This document shows, in pieces, positions 27,785 to 36,883 of a stretch of DNA of 52,360 nt (its first letter is position 1; each line of letters opens with the position of its first letter). The stretch spans positions 1-52,360 of the forward strand of contig CAZDLX010000003.1 of NCBI GenBank assembly GCA_964506005.1, read 5' to 3'. The notes beneath the pieces were generated by a model that saw nothing but the letters and a program-made list of their open reading frames with translations, was not told the origin of the DNA and did no database searches. The translations under genes and the position numbers were made by a program. The stretch is from an uncultured Anaerolineae bacterium (GTDB lineage: Bacteria > Chloroflexota > Anaerolineae > Aggregatilineales > UBA3940).

Positions 27785-27814
27785 TTCACCCGGCGGAAGG
27801 GCCTGTGCTACACT
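27785..27814 (+). promoter_or_regulatory. candidate promoter of the CHAT-island operon
   Basis: TTCACC, an 18-nt spacer, then TGcTACACT (extended -10), about 36 nt upstream of ATG 27850. RBS is GGAAGGGTAGG. Confidence 0.35.
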
Positions 27815-27849
27815 ACATACAGCGGCCAACTGGTTGGAAGGGTAGGCAG

Positions 27850-29130
27850 ATGGAGCGTGACACACGGCGCGACCCGGGCGGTTACTTCATCATCGCGCAG
27901 TGGTACGACACCGTCCGGAGTGCGCTGCTCATGCTGGAGGAGCAGGGCGGCCAGGGGTGGTGGTATCTGATCGTGCGCGTGTGGCGCGAGGAAGCACTGG
28001 TCTGCCGGTTCATCGATCTGGTCCGCCGGCTTGAGATCGAGGGCCCGCTCCTGCTCGACGAAAAGCTGGACTCGCTCGGCCCGCCGCTTGAGCCGGCGAT
28101 CTACCTGGACGCCAAAATCGGCGACGACACGGCAGTCCGGCTCGCCAGGGAGAGCGAAGGCGGGCGTGCGGTGGTGGTGAACTTGCACCCGCCGAACACA
28201 ACACAGGCGGGCACGCTGCCGGGCATCGACGTGGTACGCATCGTCGATACGCGACGTTCGCGCGGGCTCGCCTCAACCGAGATTCCCGAAGCCGTCTTCG
28301 ATCTGGCGCGGGGGCTTCCAACCGGCACGGAGCCGCCCGAACAGCGCCCGCTCACGCCCGGCAGCATCCCTCCGATGGGTGCGCCGCAACCTGGGCCAGT
28401 TGCACCCTCAGCGCCGGTACCCGGTCCATCCCGCACTACGGATGTGCCCCGCATGGAGCCGCGCGAAGAGGAGCTTGAGGAAACCGCGCACCCCGACGCG
28501 GGCGAGATCGTCTACGGTGATGAGGTTCACGGGGACAAAGTCACGGCGGGCAACATCACGAACAGCATGGGCGTCGCCATCGGGCCGGGCGCGCAGACGC
28601 ACGTCTACCTCAACTCGCCCGAGCCGGAGACGCGCGAGCAGCCCCGCCGCTTCGAGGCGGCCTTCCCGAAGGAGTGCCACCTCGGCGCAGAGCAGAAGCT
28701 GTGGGTCGCCGTTATGCTGCCCGACGCGGAGTCGCCGTTTGGCGAGCGCGCGGACGACCACGACATCGCCTCGACGGATGAGGTCGGCGTGCCGATGCCG
28801 GTCGATGGGCGGACAGGCCAGCTCAAAGCCGTCGACGTGGAGGTGACGGTCACGGCGACGGGCTTCCGGGTAGAGGGAGCCAGCACGAAGAAGCTGACCG
28901 TGTGGCCCGACGGCAGACTCGCCAAGCGCTGGTTCCAGCTCGAGCCGGACGCGCCCGGCGAGCAGGAGATCCACCTCGAAGTGTGCATCGACGGGCGCCT
29001 GCTGCAGGAGATCGACCTTATCACCACCGTCTACGAGCCGCGGAAGAAGGCGCGCAGCCTGCTGAACCTGTCGCTGACGATCGCGTCGTTCGGGCTGACG
29101 TTCACATTTGCAGCCGGAGCGGGCACGTGA
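27850..29130 (+). CDS. hypothetical multidomain protein, partner of the downstream CHAT protease
   Basis: 426 aa from ATG 27850. The parts are an unknown ~165-aa N-domain, a Pro-rich linker, the repeat motif EIVYGDEVHGDKVTAGNITNSMGVAIGPGAQTHV (28504-28605), a beta-rich C-domain (FEAAFPKECHLGAEQKLWVAV...EIHLEVCIDGRLLQEIDLITTVYE) and the hydrophobic tail SLLNLSLTIASFGLTFTFAAGAGT. No family recognised. Confidence 0.7.
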   Translation: MERDTRRDPGGYFIIAQWYDTVRSALLMLEEQGGQGWWYLIVRVWREEALVCRFIDLVRRLEIEGPLLLDEKLDSLGPPLEPAIYLDAKIGDDTAVRLARESEGGRAVVVNLHPPNTTQAGTLPGIDVVRIVDTRRSRGLASTEIPEAVFDLARGLPTGTEPPEQRPLTPGSIPPMGAPQPGPVAPSAPVPGPSRTTDVPRMEPREEELEETAHPDAGEIVYGDEVHGDKVTAGNITNSMGVAIGPGAQTHVYLNSPEPETREQPRRFEAAFPKECHLGAEQKLWVAVMLPDAESPFGERADDHDIASTDEVGVPMPVDGRTGQLKAVDVEVTVTATGFRVEGASTKKLTVWPDGRLAKRWFQLEPDAPGEQEIHLEVCIDGRLLQEIDLITTVYEPRKKARSLLNLSLTIASFGLTFTFAAGAGT

Positions 29131-29172
29131 GCCCGGTCTTATCCGCTGATTGCCAAGCAAAGGGGGAGCGAC

Positions 29173-30819
29173 GTGATCGATTACCTGGATTTTGAAGTGC
29201 TCATCAGCGAGACGGCTGACGGCTACCGGGCGCGCGTCCTCGACTCGCCGGGCGGGCAGGTCAGCACAACCTTTGCTGTACCATTCACAAAGGCTGAGAT
29301 CACGGCGTTCTACCAGCGGCTTGACAGGCCGCGCTACGATGACGGCAACCTCGCGGCGGCGCGGGACTACGGCGGCAGGCTGTTCGACGCCGTCTTTACC
29401 GGCGAGATGCTCGGTACGCTGCGAGCCAGCCTGCTGCGCGCAACAACGGAGAACAAGGGTCTGCGCTTCCGGCTGCGCTTTGACGACGAAGCAGCGCCCG
29501 TCGCGCAGCTTCCCTGGGAAGCATTGTACTACGCGCCTCTGGACCGCTTCTTTGCGCTCTCGGCCTACACACCGCTGACACGTTTCCTGGAGATGCCGGA
29601 GCAGGTCGAGCCGCTGCCGCTGGAGCCGCCTCTCCGGATGCTGGTCATGGTCTCCAGCCCCGGCGACCTGGACCAGCTGGACGTCGACATGGAGTGGTCG
29701 GTCATCAACGACGCGCTGGACCATCTGGAGGACGCAGGCTACGTCAGCGTCGAGCGCATGGACACGGCGACGCTCTCCGCGCTGCAGGAGAAGCTCAGCG
29801 AGGGGACGTACCACATCTTCCACTACATCGGGCATGGCGGCTTCGACGAGAACACCCAGACAGGCGAGGTGATCTTCGAGACGGAGGACGAGCATGCCCG
29901 CCCGGTCTCGGGCAGCGAGCTCGGCACTATGCTGCACGACCACCGCAGCCTGCGCCTTGTCATGCTCAACGCCTGTGTCTCGGGTAAGGGATCGCACGTG
30001 AGCCAGTTCCGCGGGGTGGCGCAGCGGCTGGTGCAGCAGGGCCTGCCGGCAGTCGTCGCGATGCAGTCGAGCGTATCAGATCTGGCGGCAATTGCGCTGT
30101 CCAGCCGGCTGTACGCGGCGCTGGCCTCCGGCTTTCCGGTTGACGCGGCGCTGGCGGAGGGCCGCAAGGCGGTCTTCGCGCTCGGCGACAACATCGAGTG
30201 GGCGAACCCGGTGCTGTACCTGCGCGCCCCCGATGCCCGCGTGTTCGACGTGGCGCTCGACGAAGCCGGGCTTGCCCAGCCGGACGAGCGTGTCGTCGGC
30301 GTGCCGCTCAGCGCCGAGGAGAGCGTCGCCAGCCCGACGACCCGGGAACCGGTGGAACAGGCCCAGCCCGACGACCCGCGCCGCCCCCGGGTGGACAGCG
30401 TGTACGGCGACCTCGTCGAGGGCGACAAGATCATCCACGGAGACGAGGTCGGCGGGGACAAGATCACCGTTGGCAACATCACGGGGAGCAGCGGCATCGC
30501 CATCGGGCGGGGCGCACGCGCCAGCGTATCGGGTTCCGGCGGAGACTCGCCCTTCCAGCTGGTGCGCGAGAAGCTGCCTGAGCTGGGCATCGACGAGAGC
30601 GCGCAGGAGGAAGCCGAGTTCGCCGTCCGCCAGATCGAGAAGCAGGACGCCTCCGCCGAACCGGACATCGACCGGATCGACCGCTGGCTCGGCGTGCTGG
30701 AGGAAGTCGCGCCCGCGGCGCTGGAACTGCTTGTCGACGCCGTGGCCAACCCCGGCGCGGCCGTCAGCGCCGGAATGAGGCTGGCGATCAAGACGTGGCG
30801 GCGGGCGCGCAAGCCGTAG
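29173..30819 (+). CDS. CHAT-domain (caspase-like) protease with C-terminal repeat motif and helical tail
   Basis: 548 aa, GTG start after AAAGGGGGAG. A His/Cys dyad sits in the expected context: YHIFHYIGHGGF (His codon 29833-29835) and LRLVMLNACVSG (Cys codon 29974-29976). Further along are ...LPAVVAMQ...AALAEGRKA, the motif DSVYGDLVEGDKIIHGDEVGGDKITVGNITGSSGIAIGRGARASV (30391-30528), and a ~95-aa helical tail. Confidence 0.85.
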   Translation: MIDYLDFEVLISETADGYRARVLDSPGGQVSTTFAVPFTKAEITAFYQRLDRPRYDDGNLAAARDYGGRLFDAVFTGEMLGTLRASLLRATTENKGLRFRLRFDDEAAPVAQLPWEALYYAPLDRFFALSAYTPLTRFLEMPEQVEPLPLEPPLRMLVMVSSPGDLDQLDVDMEWSVINDALDHLEDAGYVSVERMDTATLSALQEKLSEGTYHIFHYIGHGGFDENTQTGEVIFETEDEHARPVSGSELGTMLHDHRSLRLVMLNACVSGKGSHVSQFRGVAQRLVQQGLPAVVAMQSSVSDLAAIALSSRLYAALASGFPVDAALAEGRKAVFALGDNIEWANPVLYLRAPDARVFDVALDEAGLAQPDERVVGVPLSAEESVASPTTREPVEQAQPDDPRRPRVDSVYGDLVEGDKIIHGDEVGGDKITVGNITGSSGIAIGRGARASVSGSGGDSPFQLVREKLPELGIDESAQEEAEFAVRQIEKQDASAEPDIDRIDRWLGVLEEVAPAALELLVDAVANPGAAVSAGMRLAIKTWRRARKP

Positions 30820-30828
30820 CTGCGTCTC

Positions 30829-30858
30829 TTGTATGTGGAAAAAAGCGCATGTTATAAT
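30829..30858 (+). promoter_or_regulatory. sigma-70-type promoter of yebC
   Basis: TTGTAT (30829-30834), an 18-nt spacer, then TATAAT (30853-30858), about 85 nt upstream of ATG 30944. Confidence 0.5.
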
Positions 30859-30943
30859 GCAACGTCCGTAAAACGAAAAGGCAGTCGTGGGGTGCGGTAC
30901 TCACGCCGCGCACAGGGCATGGCACCATAGAAGGGTTGGGAAT

Positions 30944-31696
30944 ATGAGCGGTCACAGCAAATGGTCTACCATTAAGCGCAAGAAGGCGGCCAACGACGCG
31001 AAGCGCGGCAAGGTCTTTACGCGGCTCTCGCGCGAGATTACTATTGCGGCACGCGCTGGAGGCGACCCCGAATCAAATGCGGCGTTGGGCCTGGCTATCG
31101 ACAAGGCCAAGGCCGAGAACATGCCGAAGGACAACATCGACCGGGCGATCAAGCGCGGCACCGGCGAGCTGAAAGACGCCGAGGACATTGCGGAAATCCT
31201 TTACGAGGCATACGGGCCGCAGGGTGTGGCGCTGATTATTGAGGTTGCGACGGACAACCGCAACCGCACGCTGGCGGACATCAAGCACCGCCTGAACAAA
31301 GTAGGCGGCAGCATGGCGGAGCCCGGCTCGGTCGCCTGGCAGTTCGAGCAGAAGGGCTACATCGCCGTGGCTGCGGACGGGCAGGACTACGACGAGATCT
31401 TCATGCTGGCTGCCGAGGCAGGCGCAGAGGATGTCTCCGAGGACGATGGCCTGTTTGAGATATTCACCCCGCGAGACGCGCTGCACACCGTGTTCTCGGC
31501 GCTCAAGGAGGCGGGGATACAGGTTGAAGAGGCGCGCCTCGACTGGGTGCCGAAGACCGAGATCGAGCTGGAAGCCGGCCCGGCGATGAAGGTGATGAAC
31601 CTCATCGAGGAGCTGGAGGACGGCGACGACACGCAGATGGTGTACTCAAATCTGCGCGTGACAGACGAGTTGATGGCAGCCTTTGAAGAAGGCTAG
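30944..31696 (+). CDS. yebC: YebC/PmpR family DNA-binding transcriptional regulator
   Basis: MSGHSKWSTIKRKKAANDAKRGKVFTRLSREI... is the family's hallmark N-terminus. ATG 30944 is in frame with the track ORF 30887..31696. Confidence 0.9.
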   Translation: MSGHSKWSTIKRKKAANDAKRGKVFTRLSREITIAARAGGDPESNAALGLAIDKAKAENMPKDNIDRAIKRGTGELKDAEDIAEILYEAYGPQGVALIIEVATDNRNRTLADIKHRLNKVGGSMAEPGSVAWQFEQKGYIAVAADGQDYDEIFMLAAEAGAEDVSEDDGLFEIFTPRDALHTVFSALKEAGIQVEEARLDWVPKTEIELEAGPAMKVMNLIEELEDGDDTQMVYSNLRVTDELMAAFEEG

Positions 31697-31726
31697 CCGC
31701 GGCGCAGGTGATAGCCTATAGTCATG

Positions 31727-31762
31727 AGGGCGGACGGAAGCACAACCCGTTCGCCCTTTCGT
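31727..31762 (+). terminator. possible terminator after yebC
   Basis: AGGGCGGACGG-9 nt-CCGTTCGCCCT forms an 11-bp stem with one G.U pair, followed by TTCGTT. The U-tract is poor. Confidence 0.3.
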
Positions 31763-31790
31763 TAAGCAGACCGGGAAGTCAGGAGTAAAC

Positions 31791-32291
31791 GTGATCGCTC
31801 TCGGAATCGATCCGGGTATCGGCATTACGGGCTACGGTGTGGTCCGCGAGCTGCCGTCGGGAGAGATTGAGCTCGTCGCCTACGGCGTTATCGAGACGCC
31901 GCCGAACTCGCCGCTGCCCCAGCGCCTGCAGCAGATCTACAAGGGCGTGCGTGAGGTCATCGCGCTGCATAGGCCGGAGACCTCGGCGGTCGAGAAGCTG
32001 CTGTTCGGCAAGAACGTCACGACGGCGATGGCCGTGGGCCAGGCGCGCGGCGTGACGGTCCTGGCGCTGGCGGACTGCGGCCTGCAGATCTCCGAGTATA
32101 CGCCCGCGTCGATCAAGCAGGCGGTCGCGGGCTACGGCAATGCCTCGAAGGGCCAGGTGCAGGACATGGTCCGCATGCTGCTGGAGCTGGACGACATCCC
32201 GCGCCCCGACGACGCAGCGGATGCGCTGGCGGTGGCGATCACGCACCTGCACAGCACCCGCTACCAGCAGCTCTACGACGAGCAGAACTAG
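31791..32291 (+). CDS. ruvC: crossover junction endodeoxyribonuclease RuvC
   Basis: 166 aa, GTG start after AGGAG. Motif (V)IALGIDPGIGITGYGVV. Acidic catalytic residues are in context (...AVEKLLF..., ...PDDAADALAVAITH). Confidence 0.9.
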   Translation: MIALGIDPGIGITGYGVVRELPSGEIELVAYGVIETPPNSPLPQRLQQIYKGVREVIALHRPETSAVEKLLFGKNVTTAMAVGQARGVTVLALADCGLQISEYTPASIKQAVAGYGNASKGQVQDMVRMLLELDDIPRPDDAADALAVAITHLHSTRYQQLYDEQN

Positions 32292-32306
32292 CCAGCGCTG
32301 GCCCGG

Positions 32307-32336
32307 TTGCACTTCCGCGGGGCAGGGGGCTACAAT
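32307..32336 (+). promoter_or_regulatory. candidate promoter of the DUF1385-GNAT pair
   Basis: TTGCAC, an 18-nt spacer, then TACAAT, about 40 nt upstream of ATG 32376. Confidence 0.4.
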
Positions 32337-32375
32337 TCCGGGGAGCACGCCAGCAGCCCGTAGTTTGGAGATCGC

Positions 32376-33299
32376 ATGGCAAAACAGAAGTTCAATTATG
32401 GTGGGCAGGCCGTCATCGAGGGCGTGATGATGCGCGGCAGCCGGCAAGTGGCGGTCGCGGTCCGCAACCCCGAGGGCGAGATCGTCGTCCACGAGCAGGA
32501 TATCAACTCGTCGCTCTACAACGGCTTCTGGAGCAAGGTGCCGTTCGTGCGGGGGCTGGGGCTGCTGTGGGACTCGCTTGGATTAGGGATGCGCGCGCTG
32601 ACGTTCTCGGCGGACGTCGCCGTCGGCGACGAGGCTGAGTTCAGCGGGCCAATGGCCTGGGGCACCATCGCGCTGTCGCTCGCGATCTCGGTTGCGCTGT
32701 TTTTCCTCACACCGGCGGCTGCGGCGGACGGGCTGCACCGGCTCACCGGGTTGGACTCGCCCTTTGTGGGCAACCTCGTCGAGGGCGTCATCCGGCTGCT
32801 GCTGGTGATCGGCTACATCTGGGCGATCGGCCGCATGGAGGACATCAAGCGGCTGTTCGCCTACCATGGCGCAGAACACAAGACGATCAACGCCTACGAG
32901 GACAATGCCCCGCTGACCCCCGAGTCTGTGGCCCGCTACCCGCTGGAGCATCCCCGCTGCGGGACGGGCTTCCTGCTGGTCGTCGTGGTGATCTCCGTGC
33001 TGATTTTCTCGATGCTGGGCCGGCCCCACATCCTGCTGCGGCTGGCATCACGCATCGTGCTCATCCCGATCGTCGCCGGGATAGCCTACGAGTACATCCG
33101 CCTGCTAGCACGCAACCTCGACAAGCCGCTGGCGCGGATTCTGGTTGCACCGCAGCTCTGGCTGCAGAAGCTCACCACCCGCGAGCCATCGCTCGACATG
33201 CTGGAGGTGAGCATCACCGCGCTCCAGAACGTGCTCGCAACCGAGCACCTTCCCGTACCGGCGCAGGAGCCGGAAACCGCCGCGGTGAAGCTGTCATGA
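32376..33299 (+). CDS. DUF1385 (YqhQ-like) membrane protein
   Basis: 307 aa with MAKQKFNYGGQAVIEGVMMRG... and AYHGAEHKTINAYE motifs plus several TM segments. Confidence 0.8.
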   Translation: MAKQKFNYGGQAVIEGVMMRGSRQVAVAVRNPEGEIVVHEQDINSSLYNGFWSKVPFVRGLGLLWDSLGLGMRALTFSADVAVGDEAEFSGPMAWGTIALSLAISVALFFLTPAAAADGLHRLTGLDSPFVGNLVEGVIRLLLVIGYIWAIGRMEDIKRLFAYHGAEHKTINAYEDNAPLTPESVARYPLEHPRCGTGFLLVVVVISVLIFSMLGRPHILLRLASRIVLIPIVAGIAYEYIRLLARNLDKPLARILVAPQLWLQKLTTREPSLDMLEVSITALQNVLATEHLPVPAQEPETAAVKLS

Positions 33300-33841
33300 G
33301 CCTGTTTGAAGGTAAGCTCGTTCGCCTGACGCAGATCTCCCGCGAGAACCTGCCGGTCTATAAGCGCTGGTTCCGCGACTACGAGACCCAGCGACTTCTG
33401 GGCCAGCTGCCCGTGCCCGTTACCGACGAGTTTGAGGAAGACTGGTACGACGCCATGTCCCGGCGCACGGGCCGCGGCGAGGTCTACTCGTTCAGCATCC
33501 GCACGCTTGCCGATGACGAGTTGATCGGCAACTGCTCGCTGTTCGACGTGAATCACAAGAACCGCCGCGCGGAGCTGGGTATCGTGATCGGCGAGAAGGA
33601 GTACTGGGGGCGCGGCTACGGCACCGACGCGATGTCGGTGCTGCTGCGCTTCGGCTTCGACGAGCTCAACCTGCACCGCGTCGAGCTGCAGGTGTACGAC
33701 TTCAACCCGCGCGGCATCCGCGCCTACGAGAAGCTCGGCTTCGTCCACGAGGGCCGCCGCCGCGAGGTTGTCTGGCGGGAAGGCGCCTACCACGACATGC
33801 TGCTGATGTCGATCCTCGAAGACGAGTGGCGCAAGCGGTAA
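33296..33841 (+). CDS. GNAT family N-acetyltransferase (RimJ/RimL-like)
   Basis: 181 aa: ...IGNCSLFDVNHKNRRAELGIVIGEKEYWGRGYGTDAMSVLLRFGFDELNLHRVELQVYDFNPRGIRAYEKLGF. The start forms an ATGA overlap with the upstream stop. Confidence 0.8.
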   Translation: MSLFEGKLVRLTQISRENLPVYKRWFRDYETQRLLGQLPVPVTDEFEEDWYDAMSRRTGRGEVYSFSIRTLADDELIGNCSLFDVNHKNRRAELGIVIGEKEYWGRGYGTDAMSVLLRFGFDELNLHRVELQVYDFNPRGIRAYEKLGFVHEGRRREVVWREGAYHDMLLMSILEDEWRKR

Positions 33842-33866
33842 GGCCGCCGTATGCCAGGCACAGCAG

Positions 33867-33896
33867 ACCCCGCTTTGGCACAAAGGCGGGGTTTTT
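33867..33896 (+). terminator. rho-independent terminator after the GNAT gene
   Basis: ACCCCGCTTTG-g-CACAAAGGCGGGGT stem with one bulge, followed by TTTTT. Confidence 0.55.
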
Positions 33897-33993
33897 GAAT
33901 CCGGCCGGCGCGGCGTCGGGAAGTGTGCAGACGGCAGCAGAAACTGCCGTATAATGGCGGCAGATGACTCTTCGCGGTGCTGGGAGGCGCACG

Positions 33994-34758
33994 ATGGGAG
34001 CCATGGACTATGGCTCCGTAGCGCAGTGGTACGATTTCTACGCCACGGTGGACGTCGACATTCCCTTCTACCGGCAGGAGATCGACGCCGGCGGGGATCG
34101 TGTCCTCGAACTGGCGTGTGGGACAGGGCGTGTATCGGTTCCGCTGCTCGAAGCGGGGATCAACCTGACCTGCGTTGACATGTCGGTTGAGATGCTTGAC
34201 GTGCTGCGGCGAAAGCTTGCAGCTGCCGACCTCCACGCAGAGATCGCGTGCCAGGATGTCCGCGAGCTGGATCTGGGCCAGCAGTTCGACGTGGTCATCA
34301 TGCCGTTCACGTCCTTCATGGAGCTCGCCGACCGCGCCGACCAGCTCAAGGCGCTGCGGGCCATTCGGCGGCACCTCAGCCCGCGAGGGCGCTTCCTGTG
34401 TGCGCTGCACAACCCGGCCCGGCGACTCGCCGCCGTCGACGGGCTGCTGCACCTGGCGGGCAGGGCGCAGATGGACGGAGGGCAGACGATGCTGCTGTGG
34501 TCGCTTGAGAACCACGATGCCGCCAGCCACACGGTGAGCGGTCTGCAGACGTGGGAAATCTTCGACGAGACCGGGCGTATGGTCACCAAGTACATGCTGG
34601 ACATCCGCTTCTCGATCCCTGGGCGGCAGAATTTCGAGTCGATCATTGCGGAAGCCGGTGGTTTCCAGGCTGCCGCGCTATACGGGGACTTCGACCATTC
34701 GCCCTACGATGAGGCGAGCAGCGCCTTCATGATCTGGGACCTGCGGCGCAGCCGGTGA
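33994..34758 (+). CDS. class I SAM-dependent methyltransferase
   Basis: VLELACGTGRVSVPLL is the SAM-binding motif I. ATG 33994 was chosen because GGGAGG lies 6 nt upstream. The alternatives are 33964 and 34003. Confidence 0.8.
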   Translation: MGAMDYGSVAQWYDFYATVDVDIPFYRQEIDAGGDRVLELACGTGRVSVPLLEAGINLTCVDMSVEMLDVLRRKLAAADLHAEIACQDVRELDLGQQFDVVIMPFTSFMELADRADQLKALRAIRRHLSPRGRFLCALHNPARRLAAVDGLLHLAGRAQMDGGQTMLLWSLENHDAASHTVSGLQTWEIFDETGRMVTKYMLDIRFSIPGRQNFESIIAEAGGFQAAALYGDFDHSPYDEASSAFMIWDLRRSR

Positions 34759-34884
34759 GGGTGTGACTGCTCCCGCCCACCTGCTTTGAAATGCCAACTG
34801 CCCGTGCTACAATCCGATTGCACCAATTTGCGCGATCTTCTGCCTCAACTAACTGCCTCAGAATCCGCTGCGTGGGGAGGGATC

Positions 34885-35613
34885 ATGAGAGATGTCTTGC
34901 GCGCCTTCGGCGTCGTCTTCTACCTCGGCTTCTTTGCACTCGTCTTCGCGCTGGGCCACAGCCTCGTAACGACGGGTTTGCTGTGGGCCGCCGAGCCGCT
35001 GCTGGCCGCGCTGCGCGCCGTGGGGCTGGCGCTCATGGCTGCCGGGCTCACGATGTGGATCATGCTGCGCCGCGCGGAAGCCGGGCGAGGGACGCTGAAC
35101 CCGCTTCTGGCGTTTCTGATCGTCGCCGGTGCCGTCATGGCGGTCGTCGCCGTGCTGATGCCGGCATCGGCGCTGAGCCCATCGCTGCAGCTTGCCGGCG
35201 TAGGCGCGGCGCTCGCGGGTCTGCTGATCGGCGTGGTGCAGATGATTTTCGACCCCGCATACCCGCAGCCGGTCGCGAAATCCTGGCCCGAGGGCGGCAC
35301 CGCGGTGCTGACACGCTTCGCGCGGGCGGAGGGGACATCCCACCACTCGTATGCCGTGCCAGAGGATGATTTAACCGTCATCGACGGCATCGACGAGCCG
35401 CTTGCCGGGGTGCTCCGGGCGGCGGGCATCACCACGTTTGAGAAGCTGGCAGAGTACAGCCCCGACGAGCTGCTTGAGGTGCTGCGAGCAGGCGAAGTCA
35501 CCGCGCCGGTTGATCCTCAAACCTGGCCGGAGCAGGCCCGGCGGGCTGCGGCGGGCGAATCCGTGGCACTCGAAGCCGCCGGATCCGGAGTCGCATCCAA
35601 CCACATACCATAG
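34885..35613 (+). CDS. membrane protein with C-terminal helix-hairpin-helix-like domain
   Basis: ATG 34885 follows GGGGAGGG. There are about four TM segments, then DDLTVIDGIDEPLAGVLRAAGITTFEKLAEYSPDELLEVL, which looks HhH/DUF4332-like. Function unknown. Confidence 0.55.
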   Translation: MRDVLRAFGVVFYLGFFALVFALGHSLVTTGLLWAAEPLLAALRAVGLALMAAGLTMWIMLRRAEAGRGTLNPLLAFLIVAGAVMAVVAVLMPASALSPSLQLAGVGAALAGLLIGVVQMIFDPAYPQPVAKSWPEGGTAVLTRFARAEGTSHHSYAVPEDDLTVIDGIDEPLAGVLRAAGITTFEKLAEYSPDELLEVLRAGEVTAPVDPQTWPEQARRAAAGESVALEAAGSGVASNHIP

Positions 35614-35803
35614 AGCGGCGCGGTAATCCGCCGGGCGGGCGCTACAATCAAATGGTGCCGGCTGCCCGGGTCTTGCCAGAAGTCTTGCCACGGGATGCGC
35701 CCGGACTGCGCCAGCCGCATCTAATAGATCAGGCGGCTGAAGCCAGGTGTACGATACCCGGTAGATGGCGAGCCGGACTAAACAGTTCCTTACTTGCACG
35801 TAG

Positions 35804-36775
<972 letters not shown>

Positions 36776-36883
36776 CGGGGCCTGACCTCGCACGGTTGTC
36801 TGCGCCGGGCTGATTGCTGACACCAAGACGCAGCCGCCACCTGCTGGGGTAGCGGGATGGCGGCTGCACGCCTCGGGAGCCCT

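Noticed and set aside
27850-29130. Bacterial gasdermin upstream of a caspase-like protease
   Set aside because: The size (426 aa versus roughly 240-270) and the domain order do not fit. I see no similarity to gasdermin N-terminal pore domains. It is kept only as an analogy.
28408-29997. 529-aa minus-strand ORF spanning the CHAT island
   Set aside because: It crosses the intergenic gap between the two + strand genes, is Arg-rich and motif-less. The + strand frames carry the CHAT His/Cys dyad and the shared repeat motif.
26000-31000. Mobile-element boundaries (integrase, transposase, tRNA, direct repeats) around the CHAT island
   Set aside because: None were found by eye. GC content and codon style of the island look like the rest of the window, so I cannot claim recent horizontal acquisition.
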